64,000 nucleotides of DNA. Origin: an uncultured Verrucomicrobiae bacterium (GTDB lineage: Bacteria > Verrucomicrobiota > Verrucomicrobiia > Chthoniobacterales > UBA10450). Positions 35,549 to 44,975 of this stretch are shown here, in pieces. Position 1 is the first letter of the stretch. Every line of letters begins with the position of its first letter. The stretch is from the NCBI GenBank assembly GCA_963772365.1, contig CAVYXA010000003.1:512001-576000 (forward strand), given 5' to 3'. Under the pieces are notes generated by a model that saw nothing but the letters and a program-made list of their open reading frames with translations, had not been told where the DNA came from and did no database searches. A program made the position numbers and the translations under genes.

Positions 35549-38500
35549 ATGCCTAACTTCATTTCCGAAGATCAGATTGAGCAGGCGTTTCTCCAGCGCC
35601 TGCAACATCAACTCGGATATGACGTGCTCAATTGTTACACAACCGATCCGGAAGATCTTAATGACGGATCGAACCGGACAGACAAGCGCGAGGTCGTCTT
35701 CAGCGACAGGCTGCGAAGTGCGGTAACACGGCTCAATCCCAAAATTCCCGAACCTGCGATCGAGGATGCACTGGCAAAGTTTTCAGAAAAACGCGCGGCC
35801 ATGTCCGAGGTGGCGGCCAATCACGAAATCGACACGCTCATCCGCGATGGTGTTCCGGTTCAGTTCGAGAGCAAACAAGGTCGAACCGAGGATGGCCGGG
35901 TAAGGCTGATCGATTTCCAGAATCCCGAGAACAACGAATTCCTGGCGGTTTCCCAGATGTGGGTGAAAGGCGAGCGCGGCTATCGCCGGCCGGATGTGCT
36001 CCTTTATGTGAACGGCGTTCCGCTCGTCTTCATCGAGCTCAAGAATTCGAACGTTAAATTAAAGAGCGCCTTCGAGTCTAACGTCGTCGCTTACAGGTCG
36101 GAGATACCGCAGCTTTATCTGACGAACGCGTTCTGCGTGCTTTCAAATGGTCTGCAAACGCGGGTCGGAAGCATGACGGCCGAATGGGAGCATTTCTTTA
36201 CCTGGCTTCGGGTTGAGGACGAGAAGGAGAAGGTCAATCGCGAAAAACTTGAAGAGAAAGGCGAGACGGTAGTTCGCGTAATCGACGGGCTATTCCCGAA
36301 AGCTCGGCTCCTCGATTACGTGGAGCATTTCGTTCTCTATTACGACGACAAACAAAAGATCATCGGGCAAAACCATCAATTCATCGGCGTGAACAAAGCC
36401 TACGACGCCTTCCTTAATCGCAAAAAGAAAGAAGGAAGACTCGGCGTTTTTTGGCACACGCAGGGGTCGGGCAAGAGCTTTTCGATGATCTTCCTCGTGC
36501 GCAAAATCTTTCGCACGCTCACCGGGAACTTCACGTTTGTGGTCGTGACCGACCGGGAAGATCTGGATGGGCAAATCTATCGCAACTTTCTGCACACGGA
36601 GACGGTCAAGAAAAGCGATACCGCTCAACCCAAAGACAGCGAGGAAATGCGAAAGTTTCTTGGCCAGAACAAGCGTCTCGTTTTCACGCTGATCCAGAAA
36701 TTTGGCTGGCCCAAGGGGAAGGAATATCCGCTGCTGTCAGAGCGCAACGACATCGTGGTGATGGTGGATGAAGCCCACCGCACTCAATACAAATCGCTCG
36801 CCGAAAACATGCGTCATGGTTTGCCGAAGGCGCAGTACCTGGCGTTTACTGGAACTCCGCTACTGGGACGCGAGCGCAAAACCAACGCCTGGTTCGGGGA
36901 TTATGTTTCCGAATACAACTTCCAGCAGTCGATGGACGACGGCGCGACTGTGCCGCTTTTCTATCAAAAGCGTGTCCCCGAGGTTCTGATTCAGAACGAA
37001 GATTTGAGTGACGAATTTTACGAAATCCTCGAGGACGAAAATCTGGATGAGGCCCAAACGGAAAAGCTGGAAAAAAGGTTCTCGACTGAGGTCGAAATAA
37101 TAAGGCGCGACGATCGCTTGGAAACGATCGCCAGAGACATCGTCTACCATTTTCCGCGGCGAGGTTATCTCGGGAAGGGAATCGTCATCTCACTCGACAA
37201 GTTCACCGCCGTGAAAATGTACGACAAGGTCCAGCGGCTTTGGAAGGAACAGATCAAAGAGCTGCTCGGCCGGATCAACAAGGCCGGCAGTGAAATTGAG
37301 AAGGAACGATTGAAGAAGCGGGTGGATTACATGCGCCGGGTCGAGATGGCCGTGGTTGTCAGCGAAGAAGCCGGCGAGGAGGAAAGGTTCAAGAAACAAA
37401 AGCTGGACATCAAGCCCCATCGACAGCGGATGAACGGTGTTGACGAGCACGGCCACGATATCGAGTACAACTTCAAAGATCCCGAACATCCGCTCCAGCT
37501 TGTCTTCGTTTGCGCGATGTGGCTGACGGGTTTTGATGCGCCCACCGTCTCGACGCTCTATCTCGACAAACCGCAGAAGGATCACACGCTGATGCAATCG
37601 ATCGCTCGGGCGAATCGGGTGACTTCATTCAAAATCAACGGCGTCGAGAAGCGGACGGGGGAGATCGTTGATTACTACAACGTCTTCCGCAACATGAAGA
37701 AGGCGTTGAAAGATTATGCGCAAGGCGCGGAAGGCGCCGATGAGCCGCCAGTCAAAGAGAAGGCTGAGCTATTTCGCCTCCTCAATGATTCCATTGAGCA
37801 AGCCACGGCATTTTGCCAATCGCACAGTGTGCGCATCGATAAACTGCTGAACACCAAAGATACGTTCAAGAACGTCGAGCAATTCAAGGAATACGCTGAC
37901 ATTCTTCTTACGCAGGACGAATGGCGCAAGGCATTCAGTGTTTACGAAAACACCGTGACTGCGCTCTATGAGGCGAGCAAACCGGAGATACTGCGTCAGC
38001 CGGAGATCGTTCGCACAGTTGCGGTGTTTCAATATTTGCGCGGCGTAATTGACGCGATCGTCGAGCAAACCGACATCGACGCTGTTGGTCTGCGGGTCGG
38101 AGAGCTGCTGGATGAAAGCGTGGTCGTGGCGAAGGAATCGAACGATGCCGCGAGCGGCTACGGAATTCTGAAACAGGGAAGAAAGTGGGACCTGAGCAAG
38201 ATCGACTTCGAAGAATTGCGCAAGGATTTCAAGAAAGCGGCGTACAGAAACATCGAGATCGCAGACCTCCGCGCGTTCATCGAGAAAAAGTTAGAGCAAA
38301 TGCTGAAGCAAAATCGCACCAGGAGCGATTTCGCGCAGCGACTGCAAGAGATCATCGACGAATACAACGCTGGCGGGACCTCGAATGAAAACTACTTCGA
38401 AGAACTTCTAAGATTCACGAAGGAACTAAAGGCAGAAGCCGAGCGCCATGTTCGCGAAGGACTCTCTGAAGATGAATTGGAGCTGTTCGACCTAATCAAA

Positions 38501-38770
38501 AAAGACGCAATGACGAAAGACGAAACACAGAAGGTTAAGCTCGCTGCCAAAGCGCTCCTGCATCGCCTGCGCGAAGAAGCGCCGCCCGTCCTTGTCCAAG
38601 ACTGGTTTAAGGACGTTCAAAGCCAGAAAGTAGTCCGGTCAGCAGTTGAGGCTGTTCTGGACGCAAACCTGCCGAATACGTACGATCGAGTCTTGTTTAG
38701 GAAAAAGTGCGACAACGTGCTTGAGATGATGCTCGATTACGCGTCGCATGGTCTGAAATGGGCAGCGTAA
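35549..38770 (+). CDS. hsdR: Type I restriction endonuclease subunit R
   Basis: RPD..LYVNG.PL..IELK, WHTQGSGKS, DEAHR, FTGTP, MWLTGFDAP, IARANR. Confidence 0.96.
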   Translation: MPNFISEDQIEQAFLQRLQHQLGYDVLNCYTTDPEDLNDGSNRTDKREVVFSDRLRSAVTRLNPKIPEPAIEDALAKFSEKRAAMSEVAANHEIDTLIRDGVPVQFESKQGRTEDGRVRLIDFQNPENNEFLAVSQMWVKGERGYRRPDVLLYVNGVPLVFIELKNSNVKLKSAFESNVVAYRSEIPQLYLTNAFCVLSNGLQTRVGSMTAEWEHFFTWLRVEDEKEKVNREKLEEKGETVVRVIDGLFPKARLLDYVEHFVLYYDDKQKIIGQNHQFIGVNKAYDAFLNRKKKEGRLGVFWHTQGSGKSFSMIFLVRKIFRTLTGNFTFVVVTDREDLDGQIYRNFLHTETVKKSDTAQPKDSEEMRKFLGQNKRLVFTLIQKFGWPKGKEYPLLSERNDIVVMVDEAHRTQYKSLAENMRHGLPKAQYLAFTGTPLLGRERKTNAWFGDYVSEYNFQQSMDDGATVPLFYQKRVPEVLIQNEDLSDEFYEILEDENLDEAQTEKLEKRFSTEVEIIRRDDRLETIARDIVYHFPRRGYLGKGIVISLDKFTAVKMYDKVQRLWKEQIKELLGRINKAGSEIEKERLKKRVDYMRRVEMAVVVSEEAGEEERFKKQKLDIKPHRQRMNGVDEHGHDIEYNFKDPEHPLQLVFVCAMWLTGFDAPTVSTLYLDKPQKDHTLMQSIARANRVTSFKINGVEKRTGEIVDYYNVFRNMKKALKDYAQGAEGADEPPVKEKAELFRLLNDSIEQATAFCQSHSVRIDKLLNTKDTFKNVEQFKEYADILLTQDEWRKAFSVYENTVTALYEASKPEILRQPEIVRTVAVFQYLRGVIDAIVEQTDIDAVGLRVGELLDESVVVAKESNDAASGYGILKQGRKWDLSKIDFEELRKDFKKAAYRNIEIADLRAFIEKKLEQMLKQNRTRSDFAQRLQEIIDEYNAGGTSNENYFEELLRFTKELKAEAERHVREGLSEDELELFDLIKKDAMTKDETQKVKLAAKALLHRLREEAPPVLVQDWFKDVQSQKVVRSAVEAVLDANLPNTYDRVLFRKKCDNVLEMMLDYASHGLKWAA

Positions 38771-38789
38771 CCAAAGATTTTTCAGCAGA

Positions 38790-38990
38790 AGCAATCGCAC
38801 CCGAAGGCGAAGTCATTGATGTCTTCCAAGCTGCCGGGCTACCACAACCAAACTGTCAGATCAGTTTCTGGCGAAAGTTCGCGGACTCAAATCATAAGAA
38901 CGTCGCCGCTGAGTTACTCGCGAAACTTTTAGGCGACGAGATCAAAACGCGATCGAAACGGAACCTCGTTCAGAGCCGTGAGTTCTCCGC
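38790..38990 (+). pseudogene. Remnant of a second HsdR C-terminal (DUF3387-like) region
   Basis: VIDVFQAAGL..P and HKNVAAELLAKLLGDEIKTRSKRNLVQSREFS, with no N-terminal domains. Confidence 0.65.
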
Positions 38991-39153
38991 CGTAACGCGG
39001 GTGAAGGAGCTCCGAAACCGTTCGCGAGCAGGCAGGCCGGGCTTTCAAATGCTGAAAATGCCGTGAGGTGCTGAATGCACACCAAACGAGTTCTTGGCAT
39101 GCTGTGCAACCTGCAGCAGTATCGCGCACCAGTAACCAGATTGGAGCCCGAGC

Positions 39154-39396
39154 GTGCAAGTTGTTTACACCGAAGTTGCCCTTGACGATCTGCGACGTAT
39201 TCCGAAGCGCTTTGCACGGCAGATCGTGGCCAAGGTGTCACGGCTCGAACATGGCCTGCATGGCGATATCAAGCGGTTGACGAACTTCGATTGCGATTAT
39301 CGACTGCGGTGCGGCGACTACCGAGTCCTCTTCGATCTTGAGGAAACCACCGTGATAGTGCATCGTGTCCGGCATCGCCGGGAGGCTTATGACTAA
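39154..39396 (+). CDS. RelE/ParE-family toxin
   Basis: 80 aa; DIKRL....YRLRCGDYRVLF..HRVRHRREAY. Confidence 0.88.
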   Translation: MQVVYTEVALDDLRRIPKRFARQIVAKVSRLEHGLHGDIKRLTNFDCDYRLRCGDYRVLFDLEETTVIVHRVRHRREAYD

Positions 39397-39571
39397 GGCA
39401 GCACTGAAGAATTTCGCTACGGAGATCAAGCGCAAGCGGCGCGAAGTCTCGCGGCTGCAGGAAGACTTGAGCGACATGCTGGACCATCTCGCCGTCCTTG
39501 AAGCGCGCGCCAAATCGGTGGGCGGGAGACGTTATTCTACCGTCGAGGTGAAGAAAGCGCTCAGTCTTTGA
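39389..39571 (+). CDS. Putative antitoxin (toxin-first pair)
   Basis: GGAGG RBS, overlaps the toxin stop; EDLSDMLD.L.VLEAR...YSTVEVKKALSL. Confidence 0.65.
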   Translation: MTKAALKNFATEIKRKRREVSRLQEDLSDMLDHLAVLEARAKSVGGRRYSTVEVKKALSL

Positions 39572-39586
39572 AACTGCAGAACAAGT

Positions 39587-39658
39587 ATGGCCGATAAAGT
39601 AAAACTGTGGTTCGATCCCGAAGGCGATTACCTCGAAGTCTGCCACCGATTCCGCTGA
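39587..39658 (+). pseudogene. DUF2283-like N-terminal fragment truncated at a REP-like element
   Basis: MADKVKLWFDPEGDYLEV, then a stop inside the 39651 repeat. Confidence 0.55.
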
Positions 39659-39678
39659 GGACAGCGGACGCTACAGCA
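39651..39678. repeat. GTAG-type REP-like element
   Basis: TCCGCTGAGGACAGCGGACGCTACAGCA, identical to 24017..24044. Confidence 0.9.
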
Positions 39679-42678
39679 TCAGGCGATCGCGTTCGCCAGT
39701 ACTTCCGCTATGTGCTTTGGGTGCGCGTTTGTAAGATCGAGAATTTGATGTCGGCAACTGGTGCCAGACGCGACGATTTCCGTTCCGGCTGGTTGATCGT
39801 CGATCTTATCGATCAAATGGCGTCCCACTTGGACGGATAGATCGTATTTCTCCGACAGCGCACCGAACCCCCCAGCCATTCCGCAGCAACCGGTATCGAG
39901 GACAGTGGCTTTTCGGCCCGGCAATCGTTCTGATAATCGCGCCATGAATGAGGGATTCAAAATCGATTTCGCATGACAATGCGCATGGATCGCGACGTTC
40001 GCCGATCTATTTTGAAATCGCATCGCATTCGGATGGTGCGAGAGAAAATCGTCCACGAATTTTTCGAACAGAAAACAACGCGACGCGATTTGCTCGGCAT
40101 TGTCGATCTTCAGTTCGCGATAATCTTCCACAAACATCGACCAGCACGACGGCTCGAGAAACAGAACTGCTAGGGCGCGACCGCTGGGCGCGCCGGATCG
40201 AGACGAGAGAAGATCGACATTGTGTTGTCCGAGCTCCCCAGCGTAATCCAGATTTCCCTGGCTAAATGCAGGCCGTCCGCAGCACTTCCGGTTCTTTGGC
40301 AACACAACTTCAAACCCAAGCGCTTCCAGCACCTTCACTGCGGCGATTCCAATGTGCGGCTCGTGATAGCGCACGAATGTATCGTCCCAAAGAATGACTT
40401 TCTTCTGTAGCGGCGCTCTTTGAGCGCCGTTCGGCGGTCGCAGACCGCCGCTACAATGTCGCGCAAACCAGCGATCAAACCGTTCCTTTGCGTAATGCGG
40501 CAACGATCTTCTTGCCGAAAGGCCAAGCGTTTTTTCCATTATCACCCGCAGCGGTTTAAGATCGATAATCGCGTTAGCCAACGACGGCATCGCGCAACCA
40601 ATCCGGCCCAGAAAATCGACATTGCTTAGAATGCGCTCCCGCAACGGCAGGCCATCGCGCTTGTGCCGGGCGTAAAGCATCTCCGCTTTTAGCAAAGCGA
40701 GATTGACGTTCGAAGGACATTCCGGCGTGCAGCCTTTGCAGGAGAGACAATTGCTGAGCGCTGCATCCAGCTCTGCGGATTTGAGAGGATCTTTGGAGTG
40801 CGGTGACACGTCGCCGCTTTCGAAAGCGCGGACATGTCCGCGCACTCCAAGTTCCAATGCGGCTCGAATAATATTCGCCCGTCCTCGTGTGGACATGATC
40901 TCCTCGCCCGTTGCCAGGAACGTCGGGCACATCGTAGGCGCGAGTTTCCGGCAACCGCCGCAGCCATTGCATTGCTCAAGATTCCAGACGAACGAGTGAT
41001 CCTTAAATTCAAATGCGAGTCGCGGCTGAAATGGCAACACGATTGGTGCGATGAAGTTGTCGCGTAAATGATTGTCGATCCTGTGGCTATGTCCGTGCGG
41101 CTGGCATTTGTCGCTGAAAATCTTTCCCGGATTGAAGATATTCTTGGGATCGAAAATGCGCTTGATCTCGCGCATCGCTCCCAGCAATTCATCTCCAAGT
41201 TGCTCGCGCATATATTCCGTGCGCGCGATCCCCACGCCATGTTCGGCGGAGAGCGAGCCTTTGAATTGACGCACGAGCGCGGAAGTTTGGTCGGCGACTT
41301 GTCGAAGCTTTTTCAGATCGCTCGGATCGTGCAGGTCGAGAACGGGCCGGACATGCAGGAGTCCGCTGGCAGCATGCCCGTAATAGCTCGCCTCCAAGCC
41401 AAGCGGTTTCATGATTGATCGGAGCCCGCGGACGTAATCAGGCAATTGCGCAGGGCGAACGGCGGCATCTTCAATGAATGCGACCGGTTTCGCCGGACCG
41501 ACGCAACCGGTCAAAAGCGACAGGCCGGCCTTGCGTACCGACCACGCCAGATCCATCTCTGCTGGATCCGTTAGGGTTTTCGTGCGTAATCCAAGGTTCT
41601 TCGATTGCAGGATCGACAATCGCTCGGCCACGTTATCGTAAAATTCGACGATCAGAATCGATTCGCACGGCTTCGTATCCAGTTCCATCAGATCGCGCGC
41701 CGGTTGAAACAGCAGTTGTCCTTTTGTTTGATCGAGCAGGGGCCGATCGATGTGTTCAATGGCTGCGGGCTTTAGATCGAGCAGCTCGACGGTGGCTTGC
41801 ATCGCTTCAGCAATCGACGCGAAGAAAATCAAGCCGAGTCCCTTTTCTCGCGGTAACTGCGAAATTTTCAATTCCGCGGAAAAAATTGCTGCAAGCGTGC
41901 CTTCGCTGCCGGCGAAAACGGCGGTAAGATCGTTCGGCGCACGCAAAAAGCGTTCTATCCCGTACCCGGGCCAGCGTTTGATCAGGCCGGGCGGCCAGCG
42001 CTCCGACATCTCTCTGGAATGTTCCCGAACGATCTTGAGAACTTGTTGCCGCTCAGCCTCCAGGGCAGCTCGATTGCTGTAGGGGAAGCTGTCAGCTTCC
42101 CGTGCGGCTTCGTTAGTGGGGAAGCTGTCAGCTTCCCCTACAGGTTCAGCGGAACCCACGGATACGATTCGTCCATCGGCCATTACGATTTCCAGCGACG
42201 CAACGTGGTCCGCGGTCGTGCCGTAAATCGGACAGCGTGCGCCGGAAGAATTATTTGCGATCATTCCGCCAAGTGTCGCCCGCGAGCTGGTGGCAACATC
42301 GGGTCCAAAACAAGATCCGTGTGGCTGCAGAAACGAATTCAACTGATCCAGCACCACTCCGGCGCCGACGCGCACCGTGCGATTGTCGATGTTCAGATCG
42401 CTGATCTGGCGATTGTGGCGCGAGAACTCAACAATCAATCCGTCGCCGATCGCGTTGCCGACCAGACTAGTGCCAGCTCCGCGCGGCGTGATGGAAACGC
42501 CTTCATCCGCCGCAGCGCGAATCACCGCGCTGGCCTCCGTCGCACTTCTTGGAAAGGCCACGCCGGCCGGCTTGATTTGGTAAATCGATGCATCGGTGGC
42601 GTAAAGCTGACGTGTCAGATCATCAAAACGGATATCGCACCCCGTCGCGGCAATGATCCTCTGTTGATCAAGAGTCAT
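39679..42678 (-). CDS. FAD-linked oxidase/Fe-S (YdiJ/Dld-like) oxidoreductase
   Basis: PRGAGTSLVG, GHA..G.LH.RP, AEHGVG, CNGCGGC, CLSCKGC...CP, two CCG domains. Confidence 0.92.
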   Translation of the reverse strand: MTLDQQRIIAATGCDIRFDDLTRQLYATDASIYQIKPAGVAFPRSATEASAVIRAAADEGVSITPRGAGTSLVGNAIGDGLIVEFSRHNRQISDLNIDNRTVRVGAGVVLDQLNSFLQPHGSCFGPDVATSSRATLGGMIANNSSGARCPIYGTTADHVASLEIVMADGRIVSVGSAEPVGEADSFPTNEAAREADSFPYSNRAALEAERQQVLKIVREHSREMSERWPPGLIKRWPGYGIERFLRAPNDLTAVFAGSEGTLAAIFSAELKISQLPREKGLGLIFFASIAEAMQATVELLDLKPAAIEHIDRPLLDQTKGQLLFQPARDLMELDTKPCESILIVEFYDNVAERLSILQSKNLGLRTKTLTDPAEMDLAWSVRKAGLSLLTGCVGPAKPVAFIEDAAVRPAQLPDYVRGLRSIMKPLGLEASYYGHAASGLLHVRPVLDLHDPSDLKKLRQVADQTSALVRQFKGSLSAEHGVGIARTEYMREQLGDELLGAMREIKRIFDPKNIFNPGKIFSDKCQPHGHSHRIDNHLRDNFIAPIVLPFQPRLAFEFKDHSFVWNLEQCNGCGGCRKLAPTMCPTFLATGEEIMSTRGRANIIRAALELGVRGHVRAFESGDVSPHSKDPLKSAELDAALSNCLSCKGCTPECPSNVNLALLKAEMLYARHKRDGLPLRERILSNVDFLGRIGCAMPSLANAIIDLKPLRVIMEKTLGLSARRSLPHYAKERFDRWFARHCSGGLRPPNGAQRAPLQKKVILWDDTFVRYHEPHIGIAAVKVLEALGFEVVLPKNRKCCGRPAFSQGNLDYAGELGQHNVDLLSSRSGAPSGRALAVLFLEPSCWSMFVEDYRELKIDNAEQIASRCFLFEKFVDDFLSHHPNAMRFQNRSANVAIHAHCHAKSILNPSFMARLSERLPGRKATVLDTGCCGMAGGFGALSEKYDLSVQVGRHLIDKIDDQPAGTEIVASGTSCRHQILDLTNAHPKHIAEVLANAIA
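40168..40196. repeat. Single REP-like hairpin in frame
   Basis: TAGGGCGCGACCGCTGGGCGCGCCGG; encodes SGAPSGRAL. Confidence 0.5.
40406..40455. repeat. GTAG-type REPIN-like pair in frame
   Basis: TGTAGCGGCG...CGCCGCTACA; right arm recurs at about 50527..50549 and 53372..53395. Confidence 0.85.
40793..40850. repeat. GGAGTGC-type REPIN-like pair (family D) in frame
   Basis: TTGGAGTGCG...GCTTTCGAAAGC...CGCACTCCAA; related to 49213..49316 and 52492..52603. Confidence 0.85.
42077..42143. repeat. GTAG-type REPIN-like pair in frame
   Basis: CTGTAGGGGAAGCTG...CAGCTTCCCCTACAG, perfect 15-bp outer inverted repeat; encodes EADSFP twice. Confidence 0.88.
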
Positions 42679-42684
42679 TCGGTT

Positions 42685-42829
42685 GGGTAGCGCATGCGTC
42701 CCGCGTGCTGGTTTCGCCGTCGCGCCGAAACAATCTTTCCTTGTGTTGTCGCTCTTCGCCAGTGGCGAATCCGGGAAAGTTCGCGAACGCCGGAGGCCTT
42801 CGCCAGCACGCCAGAGGCGTGCGCTACCC
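42685..42829. repeat. Intergenic GTAG-type REPIN-like element
   Basis: GGGTAGCGCATGCGTCCCGCGTGCTGG...CCAGCACGCCAGAGGCGTGCGCTACCC. Confidence 0.8.
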
Positions 42830-42840
42830 GGAAGGATCGG

Positions 42841-43887
42841 TCACAGCAAGGGGATCTGTGCTTCGGCTGGCATCGTTTCAGCAAACCGAACACCGACGCC
42901 GATCAGGCGGACTGGTTTCCCGGTCCGTCCGAATGCCTCCGCCAGTAACCCGCGAAAATCTGGCAGGTTCGGCGCGAGTCCCGCGCGCTCGGCTGTGGTG
43001 CGACTAAAGTCAGCGAACTTCAGTTTCACGAAAATCTTGGTTACGGCCCGGCTTGATTCCTTCTGCGCAAGATCGGCCATTAAATCCTGAAAAAGTTCCT
43101 CTAGTTTTTCCTCGCATTGCTCGAGAGTGGTAAGATCGACAGCGAATGTTTCCTCGGTGCTGAGCGACTTGCGCGGCCGGTCCGGCTCGACCGGGCGATC
43201 GTCGATGCCGCGACAAAGATCGTACAGCTCGAGCCCGAATTTGCCGAAAAGATCGACCAGCTGCGGTCGGGAAAAGCGCTGAAGATCAGCGCAGGTTTTG
43301 ACCCCGAGCCCTTCGAGTTTTCGCTCTGTTTTCTCTCCGATTCCCCAGATTTTTCGAGCCGGCAGGTCTGCCATAAATTCCGCCACTTCATCAGGCTTCA
43401 CTTCAAATTGCCCGTTCGGTTTCTTTAGTTCGCTCGCGATTTTGGCGATCAATTTATTTGGACCAATTCCGGCTGAGGACGTGAGTTTCGTCTTGCGGAA
43501 AATGGTGCCGCGAATGACTTGAGCCAGAGGACCGGGAGCGCCCGGATGCGCAGTTACATCGAGGTAGGCTTCATCCAATGAAAGCGGCTCAATCAAAGAT
43601 GTGAATCGATGCAGAATGCCGCGGATGATCGCAGCTTCGCGCCGATAAACATCGAACCGGGTCGGCAGCACGATGAGCTGGGGGCAACGTTGCAGAGCCA
43701 TGAACGTCGGCATCGCCGAGCGGACGCCAAATTTTCGCGCCTCGTAATTGCATGTGGTCAGCACGCCGCGCCGCTCGCGTGAGCCGCCCACAGCGACTGG
43801 TTTGCCGCGCAATGCCGGCCGATCCCGCACTTCGATTGCGGCGTAAAAGCAATCCATGTCGAGATGGATAATTGCGCGTTCGCCCAT
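42841..43887 (-). CDS. dinB: DNA polymerase IV
   Basis: HLDMDCFYAA, NYEARKFGVRSAM, SLDEAYLD, AKIAS..KPNG. Confidence 0.96.
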   Translation of the reverse strand: MGERAIIHLDMDCFYAAIEVRDRPALRGKPVAVGGSRERRGVLTTCNYEARKFGVRSAMPTFMALQRCPQLIVLPTRFDVYRREAAIIRGILHRFTSLIEPLSLDEAYLDVTAHPGAPGPLAQVIRGTIFRKTKLTSSAGIGPNKLIAKIASELKKPNGQFEVKPDEVAEFMADLPARKIWGIGEKTERKLEGLGVKTCADLQRFSRPQLVDLFGKFGLELYDLCRGIDDRPVEPDRPRKSLSTEETFAVDLTTLEQCEEKLEELFQDLMADLAQKESSRAVTKIFVKLKFADFSRTTAERAGLAPNLPDFRGLLAEAFGRTGKPVRLIGVGVRFAETMPAEAQIPLL

Positions 43888-44114
43888 GTTCTCATTTCAC
43901 CTCATACACCACTCGGGACAAATGGCAGTTAGATGAGGCATGGCAGACGAAATGCTTTAGCCGTTCTGTTGTGAGTAATAAGGGAAATCGCCGAACCCGG
44001 CGCAAGCTCGACAAGGTGGGCAGACCACGGAAGCAGGATCTTTTCGATATGGAAACAGATCTGGTTGAGAACAACGGGCGCGTCACCCTGCCGGGCATTT
44101 CCACCGGACCGCGC

Positions 44115-44192
44115 ATGACCGGAATCCATTTTCTGATCCTGATCTTTGCGGCCGCATCTTTATTGGTTGCTGCATTCATCAGGCGAAGATAG
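44115..44192 (+). CDS. Possible 25-aa single-TM peptide
   Basis: MTGIHFLILIFAAASLLVAAFIRRR: hydrophobic core with a basic tail. Confidence 0.3.
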   Translation: MTGIHFLILIFAAASLLVAAFIRRR

Positions 44193-44292
44193 CCGCCGGC
44201 TATAAAGGCAGGCGGACTGGTGGCGCGTTGATCGACGGCTGATCAAGCTTATAGTCGATCCCGACAGAGGACCTTCATCGACTCACCCGAAA

Positions 44293-44958
44293 ATGTCTCT
44301 CATTCCCAACGAATCGTACAGTTTTCCTGATCTTGAGGAAGGAGCGAAACCGGAGCAGGAAGCTCCCTCCCGGCCTGAGGAGGAGCCGGTCCCGAATCTC
44401 GAAAATCCGCCCGATGTGATCCGGGAGGAAGCGCTCGATCCGGCCATCGATAACATTGAAGAATCGCCTGTGGTCCCGATGGCGGAGCAACCTATGAATC
44501 CATTCCCGATGATTCCTGTGCAACCTGTCGAGCAAACAAGACCGCCTGCTCGAGCGCTAAAACCAATGCCGGTCCGGCCGGTTGAGCCGATAATTCCCGT
44601 TGTGCCCGATCAACTTGGTGGAATCGCGCAGCCGGCTTTCCGTGATAATGAACCGGAAGTCAGGCCGACTAAAACAATGGAGGAGACGCATGCCGAACCG
44701 AAGGCATCAGAGTGGCAAGCTCAGCCGCATTTTCCGCCGCGACGCCGACGCGCCAAATTGATTCGATTTATCGTTTATGAAGCGCTGGCTATCGGCGCGT
44801 TGCTTGTTTTCGCGAAGCTAGAGGTCAACGAGCAATTCCACGGAAATTCCCTTACCTATTTGTATGGGGCGGCGGTGTTTTGTTCGGCTTTGGCGGCCGC
44901 AGTTATTCCTGTGATCTTTTATGCTCTGCCGCCGACACTTCCACCCGGCCGGCAATAG
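44293..44958 (+). CDS. Hypothetical protein: Pro/Glu-rich disordered N-terminus, two C-terminal TM helices
   Basis: Composition and hydropathy of the translation. Confidence 0.7.
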   Translation: MSLIPNESYSFPDLEEGAKPEQEAPSRPEEEPVPNLENPPDVIREEALDPAIDNIEESPVVPMAEQPMNPFPMIPVQPVEQTRPPARALKPMPVRPVEPIIPVVPDQLGGIAQPAFRDNEPEVRPTKTMEETHAEPKASEWQAQPHFPPRRRRAKLIRFIVYEALAIGALLVFAKLEVNEQFHGNSLTYLYGAAVFCSALAAAVIPVIFYALPPTLPPGRQ

Positions 44959-44975
44959 AGCAACTTGTGGCGATT

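Noticed and set aside
30446..39678. Prophage or integrative element
   Set aside because: No integrase, transposase, phage structural gene, tRNA target or long att-like direct repeat was seen.
41081..41107. Possible fifth in-frame repeat in the FAD oxidoreductase (CQPHGHSHR)
   Set aside because: Only weak REP resemblance, with no clear hairpin or second copy in the window.
42675..42893. ORF spanning the dinB-oxidoreductase repeat as another coupled mini-ORF
   Set aside because: Its stop overlaps the downstream ATG, but there is no in-frame start at the dinB stop, so it was not counted.
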